DNA of 64,000 nucleotides from NCBI RefSeq assembly GCF_902713615.1, contig NC_052154.1, positions 80,827,072 through 80,891,071 of the forward strand, given 5' to 3'. The translations under genes were made by a program, and so were the position numbers. Every line of letters begins with the position of its first letter. Within the stretch, counting starts at the first letter, position 1. Positions 48,135-60,430 of the stretch are shown piece after piece. Below the pieces are notes generated by a model that saw only the letters and a list, made by a program, of their open reading frames with translations, was not told the origin of the DNA and ran no database searches. The DNA comes from Scyliorhinus canicula. Its lineage: Eukaryota.

Positions 48135-51100
48135 TTTTTTTAACGCATTTTATTCAAACTTGCATCAAAGAAGGTTACAGCAAATAAACACCCCGGGAAA
48201 CATTCTTCCCAACAATCAACTATACAGTTTGTACCGATTTTTCTCCTTTTTCACCGCCCCTCCCCATCAACCACCCCCCACCACCTGCTATGAACAGCTC
48301 CACAAATACGGCCACAAACATCCCCCACCTTTTCTCAAACTCCCTGCTGAGCCCCTTAACTGATACATTATCTTCTCTAACCGCAGGAATTCATAGAGGG
48401 CACCCAACCATGCTGCTACCCCCGGTGGCGATGCCGACCGCCACTCCAGCAAAATTCGTCGCCATGCAATCAGAGAGGCGAAGGACAAGACATCGGCCTT
48501 CCTCCTCTCCATGAGCTTCGGCTGCACTGAAACCCCAAATATTGCCACCAAAGTGTCCGGGTCCACTCCCTCCTCCATTATCCTGGGTAAGACCGCAAAC
48601 ATTCCTGCCCAGAATCTTCCCAATTTTTCATAACCCCAAAACATGTGTGCATGATTCGCTGGCCCCGCCCACAGCTCTCACACTCATCTGCGACCCCCTG
48701 AAAAAACCCACTCATTCTCACCCGAGTCATATGCGCCCTGTGCACCACTTTAAACTTTATCAGGCTCATCCTTGCACAGGAGGAAGTCCCGTTTACCCTA
48801 GTCAGTAGTACCTCATTCCATGCTCCCCAATTGATCTCCATTCCCAACTCCGCTTCCATTTCTCCTTGATCCTCCCACCTGCTCGCCTCCCTGCACCCCC
48901 AGCCACTTATATATGTCCCTAATTTTTCCCTCCCCGTCCACATGCGGAAGCAGCAGTCGCTCCAGCAGGGTATATCCTGGCAATCTAGGGAACCCCTTCC
49001 AGACCTTTCATGCAAAGTCCCTAACCTGTAGATACCTGAACTCACTACCCCATGGCAGTTCTACCCTCTCCCTTAGCTCCTCCAGACTGGTGAACACTTC
49101 CCCCAAATGCAAATCCCTCACCTTGACCAGCCCCACTTCCCTCCACCTCCTGCATACACAATCCATCCCGCCCCCAGCTCAAACCCATGATTCTTGCACA
49201 GTGGCCTTAGCACCGACTTCCGTTCCACCCTAAATTGCCTCCTCAGCTGATTCCATATCTTCACCGTGGACTGCACCACTGGGCCCAATGAATACCTACT
49301 CGGAGCCATTGGCAATGCTGCCGTCACCATAGCCCTCAAACTAGACCCCTGACAAGATTCCTCCTCCATCTACACCCACTCTACCCCTTCTCCTTCCCAC
49401 CACCGCCGCACCTTGTCCACATTCGTCACCCAATAATAATGAAGCAAGTTTGGCAACGCCAAACCCCTTGCTGCCCCTGACTCTGTAGCAGGGTCCTCCC
49501 CACCCTCGGCACCTTCCCCGCCCATACAAAGCCAGAGATGATTGTGTCCACTTTCAGAAAAAAGGCCTTTGGTATAAAGATCGGGGGAGCCTGAAAGATA
49601 AACAAGAACTTCGGCAAAATATTAATTTCCACCACTTGGACCCTCCCTGCCAACGTTAAATGCAGTGTATCCCAAATCTTGAGATCTTCCCTGGCGTCCT
49701 CCACCAGCGTTATTAAGTTCCAATTATGGAGCCCCGTCCATTCCCTCGCTACCTGAATCCCCAAGTACCTAAAGCTATCCCTTGCTACCGTAAATGGCAC
49801 CCCCCCTCTAAATTAGCCCGCTGTGCCAGCTCATTCACAGGGAATACCTTGCTTTTCCCGACATTCAGCTTGAATCCCGAGAACCCTCCAAACCTCCCCA
49901 ATGGGCCCATAATCCTTCCCATACTCTCCGACGGACCTGAAACATACAGCAAGAGGTCATCGGCATAGAGCGACATCCGATGTTCCCGCTGTCCCCTCAT
50001 TATCCCCTGCCACTCTGCCGACCCCCTGAGACCCATCGCCATTGGCTCTATGTCCAGCACTAACAGCAGCGGTAACAGCAGGTACGCCTGCCTCGTACTC
50101 CTGTGTAAGTCAGAGCTTCGTGATCTCATATCATTCGTCCTCACCCTCGCTCTTGGTGCCACATACAGCAACCGCACCCATGCCACAAATCTCGGCCCAA
50201 ACCCAAACCTTCCCAAAACTTCAAACAAGTACCGTCACTCCACCTGATCAAATGCTTTCTCCACGTCCATGGACACCACCACCTCCGGTACCAGAGCCCT
50301 CGATGGATTCATCACCACATTCAACAGCCATCTTATATTACTCATGAGCTGCCTGCCCTTCACGAAGCCTGTTTGATCTTCTGGAACCACCCTCGGGACA
50401 CAATCATCCCCGCCAACAACTTAGCCAATACTTTCACATCTGTGTTCCATAGCGATATGGATCTATAATACCCACATTCCACCAGATCCTTCCTTTTTTT
50501 TGGGATGAGTGTGATTACTGCCTGCTTCATCGTCTCCGGCAACTCCCCCTTCTCCAGTGCTTCATTAAACGCCCCCAACGGATGTAGTGCCAGGTCCACC
50601 GCAAATTCCTTATAAAATTCTGCCGGATACCCATCCGGCCCAGGGGCCTTCCCTGCCTTCATACCCCGTATACTATCCAGCACCTTCCTCAGCTCCATGG
50701 GCTCCTCCAATGCCTGCCTCTTTGCTTCCTCCACTTGGGGAAATTCCAGCTCGTCCATAAACCACCACATGTCCCCTCCTCTCCTCCTGGGTCGGCCTCA
50801 TAAAGTCCCTGGTAATACTCTCTCAATGCTTCATTTATCTTCCCTGGCTCTGACACCACATCCCCAGCACCAGTCCGGATCTTCAATATTTCCCTGGACG
50901 CAGCCTGCCTCCGCAGCTGGTGCGCAAGCATGCAGCTCACCTTCTCCCCATACTCTTATTGCACCCCTCTTGCTCTATGCAGTTGCCCTACCGCCCTCCC
51001 CATTGTCAGCCTGTCAAATTGCCCCTGCAATTTTTTCCTCCTCCATGGTGGGCACCCTCGAATATTCCCTCTCCACCTCCACTATCTCGCTCGCTAGGCA

Positions 51101-53870
51101 GTCATGTTCCGCCCTCCTTCCCTTATTCGCATGAAGCGTAAATGAGATAATTTCTCCCTGGACCACTGCCTTCAATGCTACCCACAAAATGCCCACCGAC
51201 ACCTCCCCATTCTGATTGAACTCCACATAATCCCGAATCGCCAACTGCACCTCCAGCCCGGCCTCTGCTCTTGTCCCGTACTGAACCGAATATCCAGCCA
51301 GTGGGGTGCAAGGTCCGAGATAACGATCCCCACATACTTTGCTGCTCCGCCCCAACCAAAATCTCCCAACTGACTACAAAGTAATCAATCCTCGAATAAA
51401 CCTTATAGACGTGTGAAAAGAAGGAATACTCCCTTCCCCCTGTGTTCTGAAAGTGCCATGCATCCATCATACCCATCCACTCCACAAACCACGTCCCCAG
51501 CTCTCTTGACAGCCCTACCCTATCCATCGACCTGGGGCACGATCTATTCACCCTCGGTTCTAGGACACAGTTAAAATCTCCTCTCATGTTGAACTGGTAC
51601 GTGGCCAAATCCGGGATCGCTGCCAGCAACCCCCTCATAAAACCCACATCATCCCAATTTGGGGCATTCACATTTACCAACACTACCTGTGCCCTTCCAA
51701 TACCCCACTCACAATCACATATCTCCCACCTGGATCCCTCACCTCCTTCGCACTCACGAATCCCATTTATTTGCTCATTAAAATCGCCACACCCCTCGAT
51801 TTCAAATCAAACCCCAAGTGAAAAATCTGCCCGACCCATCCCTTCCTTAACCTAACCTGGTCCTTCACACGGAGGTGAGTCTCCTGCAAAAAGACAAGCC
51901 CCGCTTTCAAGCTCCTGAGGTGCGCGAACACCCGTGACCTTTTAACTGGCCCATTCAGTCCCCGGACGTCCCACGTTACCAACCTTACAGGAGGCGTGCA
52001 CCTCCAATCCCCTCTACCATCCATCATCTTCCCCACTTAACTCCTGCCCCTTTAATTCCACTCTGTATCTAGCCCATCCCAGATGGCCCCTTTCTTCGCC
52101 CTTGACCATGTTACCTCTCACCCCTTGCCTCGTTGCAGAAACCTCCCCCAGCTTTTCCCTTCCCCCCACCACTTCACTTTTCCCCCCTCCCCCTGGCCAG
52201 CCCTCTTGGTCTTCTCCCCGCACCACCTCACTTCCATTCACCAGCATAACCTGCTGGCATGGCTACCCCTGCCCAAAGGCACATCCTAATGACCCCCCAC
52301 TGCTCAGCTCAAAGAAGAAGGCCTCCTGCTGGCCTTACCCTCCCCCACCCAAACAAGGACTTCTCCTGAACTCCAGGTAGCCTTCTCCAAAAGCAAACAA
52401 ACAGATGTTAAACACAAACAGTCCCATAAAACTGGAGGGGGGGGGGGTGGGAACATCCATGCTCACATAAACTTTTCACCCCTACAACTCCTTACAATCT
52501 CAACATTGAACAGACCCCCCCCCCCCCACCAAAAAAGGCGAATATCCCCCAATCCCTACATCCCACTTCAAACATGCTCCCGACCGTTACATAGTGCCAG
52601 CATCCCGGTTCCCAAGCATTGCCCACTCAGTTCTTCCCCAGTTTATGCTTCTGAATGACGTCTTCGGCTGCTTATGGGGTCTTGAAATAATACTCCCAGC
52701 ATCCAAACGTCACCCATAATTTCGCCAGGTAGAGCACCCAAAACCTGATCTGCCATCAGTACAGCACTGCCTTGACCTTGTTGAAACCTGCCCGCCGTTT
52801 TGCCAACTCAGCTCCGATGTCCTGATAAATCCAGACGTTATTTCCCTCCCAGTCGCAGCTACGCTTCTCCCTGGCCCACTGTAGAATTTTCTCTTTCTCC
52901 ACAAATTTATGGAGTCTGACGATCATTGCCCACGGCGGCTCCCCAGCTCTAGGCTTTTGCATCACAGAGTTATGCGCTCGGTCCACTTCAGGTGCCTTAT
53001 CTAGCATCCGTTCTGCCACCAGTCCCGCCAGCATCCTTGAGACATACCTTGTGGCACTCACACCTTCAACTCCTTCAGACAGGCCCACTATTCGCAGATT
53101 CTGCCTTCTCGTGGCATTCTCCTGCTCCTCCACCCTTGCCCTCAATGTTGTACAGAGGGCTCCTCGGAGCCCCACCTCTGCCTCCAGGGCCACCACACGA
53201 TCGCTGTGGTCCGTGATCACTCCTTCAATTTCCCGAATCTGTGATCCCTGCACCTTCAAACACCTCTCCATCCGCTCCAAAGTACTCTTCAAGGGCCCCA
53301 TAGCTTCTGCAATGGCGTTTGCATGATCCTCATGCACTTCTTTCCTTGATTATAGTAAGAAGTCTTACAACACCAGGTTAAAGTCCAACAGGTTTGTTTC
53401 AAACACGAGCTTTCGGAGCGCAGCTCCTTCCTCAGGCGTTCCGAAAGCTCGTGTTTGAAACAAACCTGTTGGACTTTAACCTGGTGTTGTAAGACTTCTT
53501 AATGTGCTCACCCCAGTCCAACGCCGGCATCTCCACATCATTCCTTGATTATGGAATTCCTCCTTGATTAAATTCATCAGTTCCTGTATCTGGGGCCTTA
53601 CAGCTTGCCCCTCCCCCGCCTGCATGCTGGAAGAGACTGTCTGTGAACTACAAGACTGTTTCAAATTTCCAGCCAAATCTCTCACTATTCTCTGCCGGGT
53701 CCGGTGATCAGAAGACATACCATTCCAGGGGTAAAGTACTCCTCTAACATTCACCTACGCCTTTTCATCAAAATTCCACCCAGATCTGGGTAAAAAGAGC
53801 CCTTTTCTGTGACTTTGAACAGGAACAGCCCTTTATGTGACCAATCACTCCATGGTCACAAGCGGAAGTC
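48135..53870 (-). mobile_element. Full-length decayed L1-clade LINE with 14-bp TSD
   Basis: TSD ACTGTTTAAATACT at 48121-48134 and 53871-53884; ORF1 (RRQNLRIVGLSEGVEG), APE (VTWDVRGL..FLQETH, GDFN, SRIDY), RT (YADDLLL), poly-A end. Confidence 0.95.
53354..53540. mobile_element. Penelope-type fold-back mini-element inside L1 ORF1, 12-bp TSD, hammerhead motif at 53404-53438 (-)
   Basis: TSD TTCCTTGATTAT at 53342-53353 and 53541-53552; minus strand CGC-CTGAGGA-A-GGAGCTGCGCTCC-GAAA-GC-TC-GTG. Confidence 0.88.
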
Positions 53871-54119
53871 ACTGTTTAAATACTTGTAGCAACACGTTCT
53901 ATTCGTTTTTGCATTTTTAGCTAGCTTCCACTCATACTTTAATTATACTCATAATTTCTCCTGATTAACCATTGGTCATTCTGTGCCTTTTTTTCATATT
54001 CTGAGCAATCATCAGACCTGTCACTCATCTTTGTGCAGTTATATGTTTTCCTTATGTTTAATGCTTTCCCTAACTTATTTGGTTAACTACCTCCCTTTAG
54101 ATCCCTGGTAACGGAAACA

Positions 54120-55066
54120 ATGGCGTCCGATCCGATCCCGATGCTTCCCCCGATGCCTCCGCAATTCAAACCGATTCAGCATCGCCTGCACACTGCCCAG
54201 GAGCAGGAAAAGCACGATCCGGTGGTGGCGTATTTCTGTCGCCCGTATGCTATGCAGACTGGAATGAAAATAGATAGAAAACGCCAGAATGCCGCAAGTT
54301 CTTCGTGAAACGTATAGATGAAGTAGAGATTATGAAGAAACAGTTGGGTGACAATGAATAAATATTGCAAGATGTGGTGGGGAATGCCCATGTAGTGAAC
54401 CATGCCTAAAAGATGTTCCTCTATGCGGAAAATGAGGATCAATCAGGAAGATTTCACAAAAACATGATCATGTCATTCTATACCGCCAGCCTGTTACACG
54501 ATGTGTACTGTGTTCGGGGTGCTCACTGAAGAAAATATTCAACACAGGAAATATGCAAAGTGGAACTCAGAATATATCCACAATTGTTTGAAAAATGGTG
54601 AAACCCCCAGTCCGGATCTACAGGGATGGGAGACTACGAAATACTCGCTAACGAGAGGAAAGGGGACTGTTCACTCCCGTAATCGCCAATCTCCAATCTT
54701 CCCCCTGAATCCAAGCCAACGTCAGACCTCTCTAATATACAGGTACCTCCTGGTGATCAACCTCCCATCAAATTTCTGAACCATTCATATCCCTCCTGGC
54801 GCACACGCTCCAGCCAATATTCCAGCAGAGGTGCCAGGCAGCTCAGTGTTGCCGAATACGCCAACAATGCCACAGACCATAACCAATGCTTGTCCCGTCG
54901 TTGTCCAGCGCAAAGCCTCAGGGGGAGGTAGGCCTGACCCCGGAGGATTAAGCCAGGGCTCAGAAGTACTGCAAATACGCCTGCAGCGCCCTACAGCATG
55001 AAGACGTTGGGCAGCTGTGCAGAATCTCCAGAAGGCTCTCAAGTTGCTCACACGGGGACGGAATGA
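54120..55066 (+). pseudogene. VTA1: Processed (intronless) pseudogene of VTA1 (Vps20-associated 1/LIP5)
   Basis: N-terminal LPPMPPQFKPIQH..TAQE..DPVVAYFCR.YAMQTGMKID, KMFLYAENED.SGRFHKNMI.SFYTASLL, YIHNCLKNGETP, C-terminal AQKYCKYA.SALQ.EDV..AVQNLQKALKLLT; no introns; several stops and frameshifts. Confidence 0.92.
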
Positions 55067-55171
55067 GCCCCTTACCTGCAGTGCCCAAATATAACTTGTG
55101 TTCTTTTCACTGTTCCAAAGAAGTAACCAGTCCTTGTCTCCACTCCGCCCTTGCCTAGCAAACGGGACTGT

Positions 55172-55455
55172 TATAGAACAGTACAGCACAGAACAGGCCC
55201 TTCGGCCCTCGATGTTGTGCCGAGCAATGATCACCCTACTTAAACCCATGTAACCCGTATACCCGTAACCCAACAATCCCCCCATTAACCTTACACTACG
55301 GGCAATTTAGCATGGCCAATCCACCTAACCCGCACATCTTTGGACTGTGGGAGGAAACCGGAGCACCTGGAGGAAACCCACACACACACGGGGAGGACGT
55401 GCAGACTCCACACAGACAGTGACCCAGCCGGGAATCGAACCTGGGACCCTGGGAC
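55172..55455 (-). mobile_element. HE1/V-type SINE in the VTA1 retrocopy 3' UTR
   Basis: Reverse complement of the SINE consensus. Confidence 0.8.
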
Positions 55456-57295
55456 CCTGTTTCCCTGTCGGCGTCCTACATACTTTGATATGCAGATCGT
55501 GTTGCATTTTTTCTATCTGAAAGAAAGAAGATGCTGTGGGTGCCAGGTGTGAATATTATTGGCTTGAATTTCATAGCTACGGTATTTTTTAAAGGCACTT
55601 GTGATGGCAACACTAAAGAAATGTGCATCGAGTTCTTAATTCTGCTGCTATTTCAGTGAGGTAGCTGTCCTATATATGGATATTAGAACAATTTGGTGCA
55701 AGATAGCATTCCATTTCATGGCACCCAGGGGGTTAGCTGTGTAATGTCTTACGATCCTACGTATGCTCATTCAACAGTAGAACACAAATTGCACACCAGT
55801 TTTACCCCATTCTCCGTCCCTCTTTCCCTACGAAACCCATTGTGGTCTGGGTGGGTCAAGCTCACAGCCATATATTATGCAATTTGGTTTGACCATTGAG
55901 AATATTTCTCAGGCATCAGGTAATCAACCCATCATGCTCTTTTACATGGACCAAATTGGCCACCTCAGCGAGCAGTGGAAAGTGACAGCATTTCTGAGTT
56001 TCCAGCCCAAGTTCTTCTGTATGCGTATTTGAGGGTGTGGGGGGGGGGGGGGGGGGGGGAGCAGATTTGTGTACAATTGCCGTTGAAGGAAATCTTAAAT
56101 GCTACATGCATACCCTGCCAAATCCCCTGCTGCCAGTAAAGCAGTACCTTCCACTGACTCCCAGTGTCTCCCAAATGAACGCTCTATCCAAAACATCCGA
56201 TCAGAGGACTAATGTAGCCTTTGAGCTAATATAACCAGTTGCCAGAAGAGATGTTCCGCATGCACGGAGAAGTGTAATTAAGCATTATATCTTGTAATAA
56301 ATAATTGTGTATCTGACTGTTGCTCTTTTTTTCTGAGATTTGAGATGAGATAAATTGCATTGTATATTAAGTTTGTGTGTGTGACTGAGGCTAGAATTAC
56401 TCTTCAGAAATTATTTGCAAAGTGGAATAAGCCCACGGCAACATGGAGTCCAAGCGTTGCATAATACGTTTGCCATTCATAATTTTCTTTTTTTGGGCTT
56501 GACAACATAACAACGCTAATCATGAATCATTTTCTTTCTGGAGGAGACTTCAAAAGAAACTAAATATATCAGTGAATGCTGGAATGTGGCGACTAGGGGC
56601 TTTTCACAGTAACTTCATTGAAGCCTACTTGTGACAATAAGTCATTTTCATTTTCATTTCATCAAGTAATCTAATTGCTTTTTCAATGTTGTGGCGCTAA
56701 ATCAGTTGGTATTTGGGTAAAGACGGGAAAGTGACAGATTAAGAAAGTAGTCAGATTGAAGAGTGAATGGTGGTGAATAAAACTAACCTAATCACAATTT
56801 TAAAAGTTGCATCAATCTCGGCATTGCTATAAAACGAAATAGGAAACAACACCTTGCGGGGTGCACAAAGCAGCCGATCATATACCGCCAGTTTTACGCC
56901 ACAGGGATCTTGAATGTGCCGTCCATTTGAAATGTTGTCACATTTCTCGAGAACCTGGTAGATTAGAAAACCGGAAATCCAAGCGCTCTGGAGATAAAAA
57001 TTAAGCTGCGCTATTTTTAATATTGGTGGGTTTTCACCATACTTCGTATACGCTTAATTCCTCCTGTTTGTTGATCCAGTTTTCCAACACGTTCTGTTTC
57101 GGTTAGAAAAGGAGGAAATATAATCCTGCCTAGAAATAAAGTACTACAGTAATAGAAAAGTTACATCTTACCTGGGTTACAATTGGGAACCATATAACTT
57201 GCCATGGCTGGAATCTGAAGAGTCACATGAGAAACCAGGCAGATATACACAGTTCCTCCCCGGGCCGGCTGTGCATCTTCAAAATAGCTCCAAGC

Positions 57296-57510
57296 TGACA
57301 TAGAACATAGAACAGTACAGCACAGAACAGGCCCTTCGGCCCTCAATGTTGTGCCGAGCCATGATAACCCTACTCAAACCCACGTATCCACCCTATACCC
57401 ATAACCCAACAACCCCCCCCCCCCTTAACCTTACTTTTATTAGGACACTACGGGCAATTTAGCATGGCCAATCCACCTAACCCGCACATTTTTGGACTGT
57501 GGGAGGAAAC
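57296..57510 (-). mobile_element. 5'-truncated HE1/V-type SINE inserted in the gene 3 C1 exon
   Basis: Removing 57296-57510 restores a 312-nt exon reading MYEAWSYF (gene 2: MYDAWSYF). Confidence 0.92.
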
Positions 57511-58379
57511 TTCATACATTCCGGCTCTGCTGAGTTGCTTCGTGGTGTTTATTCCAGTCACAATGCTTTCATTATTTTTGTACCAAGTGATAGTCAGACC
57601 AGCCGGGTGAAATGAAGCCATTTCACACACGAGAGTCAAAGAACCAGCGACATTACGTTCAGATACGTGAGGAACAATCTTCACTGGAGTTGGGAGAGCT
57701 GGTGAAAGGTCGAGAAGAAAGTTAATATGTCGCCCATTCTGGAACAGAGTAACATTCAATTCTATGATGGCTCCTTCCCAGTGGAGGGTTATGATTATTT
57801 TGGATCTGCTACAACATACAAAAAACACCATCCACCTGTTTGTTAATGGTTAAATAAACAACAATACGAATCAACCACTCTATATGTTATACTATACTGC
57901 ACAGTTGAATGCAGCTCGGCCTAACGTGTCTGTGACACGTATGCCCGAATTCTAAGGGATCAGACACTAGTTTATTGGTTTGTATTTTCTGTTCTTCAAT
58001 CAATAGCTTTGGTCAGATCCTGAGTGACTAACGCAATAACTTGAATCGCTTGAAATTCTTTCAAACCGATAATGTCATCAATAAAGAACTGAAATGTACT
58101 GAAATTGTCTGGGTTGTCCAAACTCTAATCACTGGCGTTCTTAATTTTCAAATATAACTGTCTCCCAGATGCTAAAGTAACCTGTGAAATGTAACTTTCG
58201 CCTGTTGCTAAATCCCCAAAGACCTACGGAATTCATTCCACGCCCCCGATCCTCGCCCGAGCTCTGCAAATGTTTCCCGACCAGGAATGATCAAATTCGG
58301 TTTGAAGTTGCCTTTGAAGTTGTTTTCCTTCCAAAATAGTGCGGTGCAGATCTTAAGAGTGATCAGGTGTGATTATTAG

Positions 58380-58608
58380 GGGCAGCATGGTGGCGCAGTG
58401 GGTTAGCCCTGTTGCCTCACGGCGCCAAGGTCCCAGGTTCGATCCCGGCTCTGGATCACTCTCCGTGTGGAGTTTGCACATTCTCCCCCTGTTTGCGTGG
58501 ATTTCGCCCCCACAACCCAAAGAAGTGCAAAGGTAGGTCGATTGAACACACTAAATTGCCCCTTAATTGGAAAAAAAATGAATTGGGTACACTAAATTTA
58601 TTTTTAAA
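58380..58608 (+). mobile_element. HE1/V-type SINE in the gene 3 V-C1 intron
   Basis: Full consensus; absent from the gene 2 paralogous intron. Confidence 0.85.
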
Positions 58609-60430
58609 AAGGTGTGATTATTACTTTCCCTGTTTGATATCCGATATCTGTTTAGGTGGATGAATTGGCGAACATGATGAAACATTTGGGTGCCTATGTC
58701 GTGAAGGAAAAATGCATTTGCGAAAACATTTTATATGTCCTTCATTCGCGATCTGACACCGTTTGCAAGACGCAAATGTTAAAGGAACACCCAAGGAAGT
58801 GGGAAAAGTATATTCTTTATTACTTATTTGAATAACCTCTTTACTATACAATTTACTCTCTTTATACAGTTCTTACCACTGACGATGAGCGTTGATCCAC
58901 TTCCATTTGCGGCCCTGTTTCCCTGTGTCACTCCGCAGTGTCACTGAAAACTGATATTCAGGAGTTTGAAGGAGGCTCTTCCGTTCCCAGTGACAAATCG
59001 TTTCCTGCTCTCTGATGCAGGGTGTATCACTTGCTTTTCGCCAAGCTTCCACCAATAATCGTCCGCATCTGAATCGTCTTGGAAACTAAGAAATGTGCAG
59101 TCGAATGCAATATTCGTACCAATGATCGAATAGATATTTTATGGGATCTGGGTCACTTCAAGCAGAGGATGGGTAGCAACTATAGAAGAGAATGAACATC
59201 AATTATAATTATCAAACATTGAGGGCGATTTAGAGAGAGAGAAAAATAAGAGGAAAGACAAAACGAAATATGGAAAATACCAATGCAGGTAATCCCTATT
59301 AACATTACGTTCTGAAACTCAGCCCTCATCGGCATTTCAGCGACGTCACTGGCCAATTGAAATAACTAACAGGAAAGTACTTTCTTCGGGGAAATAAAGC
59401 TGTGGATACCTGATAATAAGTGTTAGACAATGACGTATGAGGGTGCATCCCTGTGACTGGTGCCAATGGCTGAGTTTAAAGAGTGGAATGGAGGCGTATG
59501 CTTCATGTAGATTAGATGCTCATCTCCACGTTAACACAAGGCAGGATTAGAACCAAGTATCTATGGAACGATATCGTTATATTGTATAATTCGTCGTACT
59601 TTAGAATGTTTTATATACCTAGGCGATTTGACACAACGTTCCAAACACAATGCCATATAAATCCTACATTTTAAGTTAATTTCCATTCAAAAATCGCAGT
59701 GTTTAGCGTTGTGGTGGAAAAGTGGAAGGTAAAAAGAAAATGAATCATGAGGAGTGATTATTCATAGCAGCTGGAATATAGTTTGGGTCCAAGTGATTCG
59801 CAGGGCAAGCAACCACTGAGCAGAGATCAGAGAGAACATGTCTAGAATTCAACAAGCTGAAGGTGCAGTAATTAGGTAGGGTTTCTGGTTGGTACATTCT
59901 TTGCAAAGGGGCATAGGGCCCACGGACAGTAATATGATAGCATTAGAAATTAATGGTGTAAGGGACAGAGAGATTGGTGATGAGAACAAAAGCAATTATT
60001 AGGTGAGAAACAATTTCTGTCGGCATGTCTAGGTGTGTGGTAAGTGTTTATCTCTCAGATCTGTGGGCATGTTCAATTCTTGCGATTTTAGACAGTACAG
60101 GCAGCTGAGGAGAAAATTATTCCTTCGCACGAAAGTTAGTTTGGAGGTAATGAAGATCGTTAGTTGTAGTGATGTTTATTACACATGAAAACCGTTGCCA
60201 CTAAAGTAGTTTCGGATTCCACAAAGAAACAGCTGTCTTTGTTTCAGTTTGTACTCTGAAAATTCAGTTGTTTAATAGCATTCATATCTATTGCAATACT
60301 AGGTAGGGGTCAGGTTTATTATCATTGTCTCCTGAAGTAGAGCATCTTTGCTGAAAGTTATGCTCCTCTGCAGAATACATCGCATTGATACTAAAGTAAT
60401 CTAATATCTTCAGTGCTCATATATCTTACA

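Larger units (their letters stand above)
46240..54090 (-). mobile_element. Decayed CR1 (46240-48120, continuing 53885-54090) split by a SINE (46771-47110 +) and a full-length L1
   Basis: CR1 RT remnants (DWNVTHITHLF..GNNKPVSMT..KVLEFII) and a CR1-like 3' tail. Confidence 0.65.
57172..59335 (-). pseudogene. Gene 3: VJ-C1 receptor pseudogene, inverted paralog of gene 2 (leader 59335-59281, V 59179-58877, C1 57698-57172); TM and tail exons not found
   Basis: Splice sites are retained. V has TAA (59141-59139), TGA (58943-58941), a 12-nt deletion removing DSGVY and a 3-nt deletion. C1 is interrupted by a 215-nt SINE. Confidence 0.92.

Noticed and set aside
1311-59179. Rearranging Ig/TCR locus (V segments with RSS)
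   Set aside because: Each V exon runs through the J-like strand directly to a splice donor, with no heptamer-spacer-nonamer after the second Cys. The tails of genes 1 and 2 carry ITIMs, unlike IgL or TCR.
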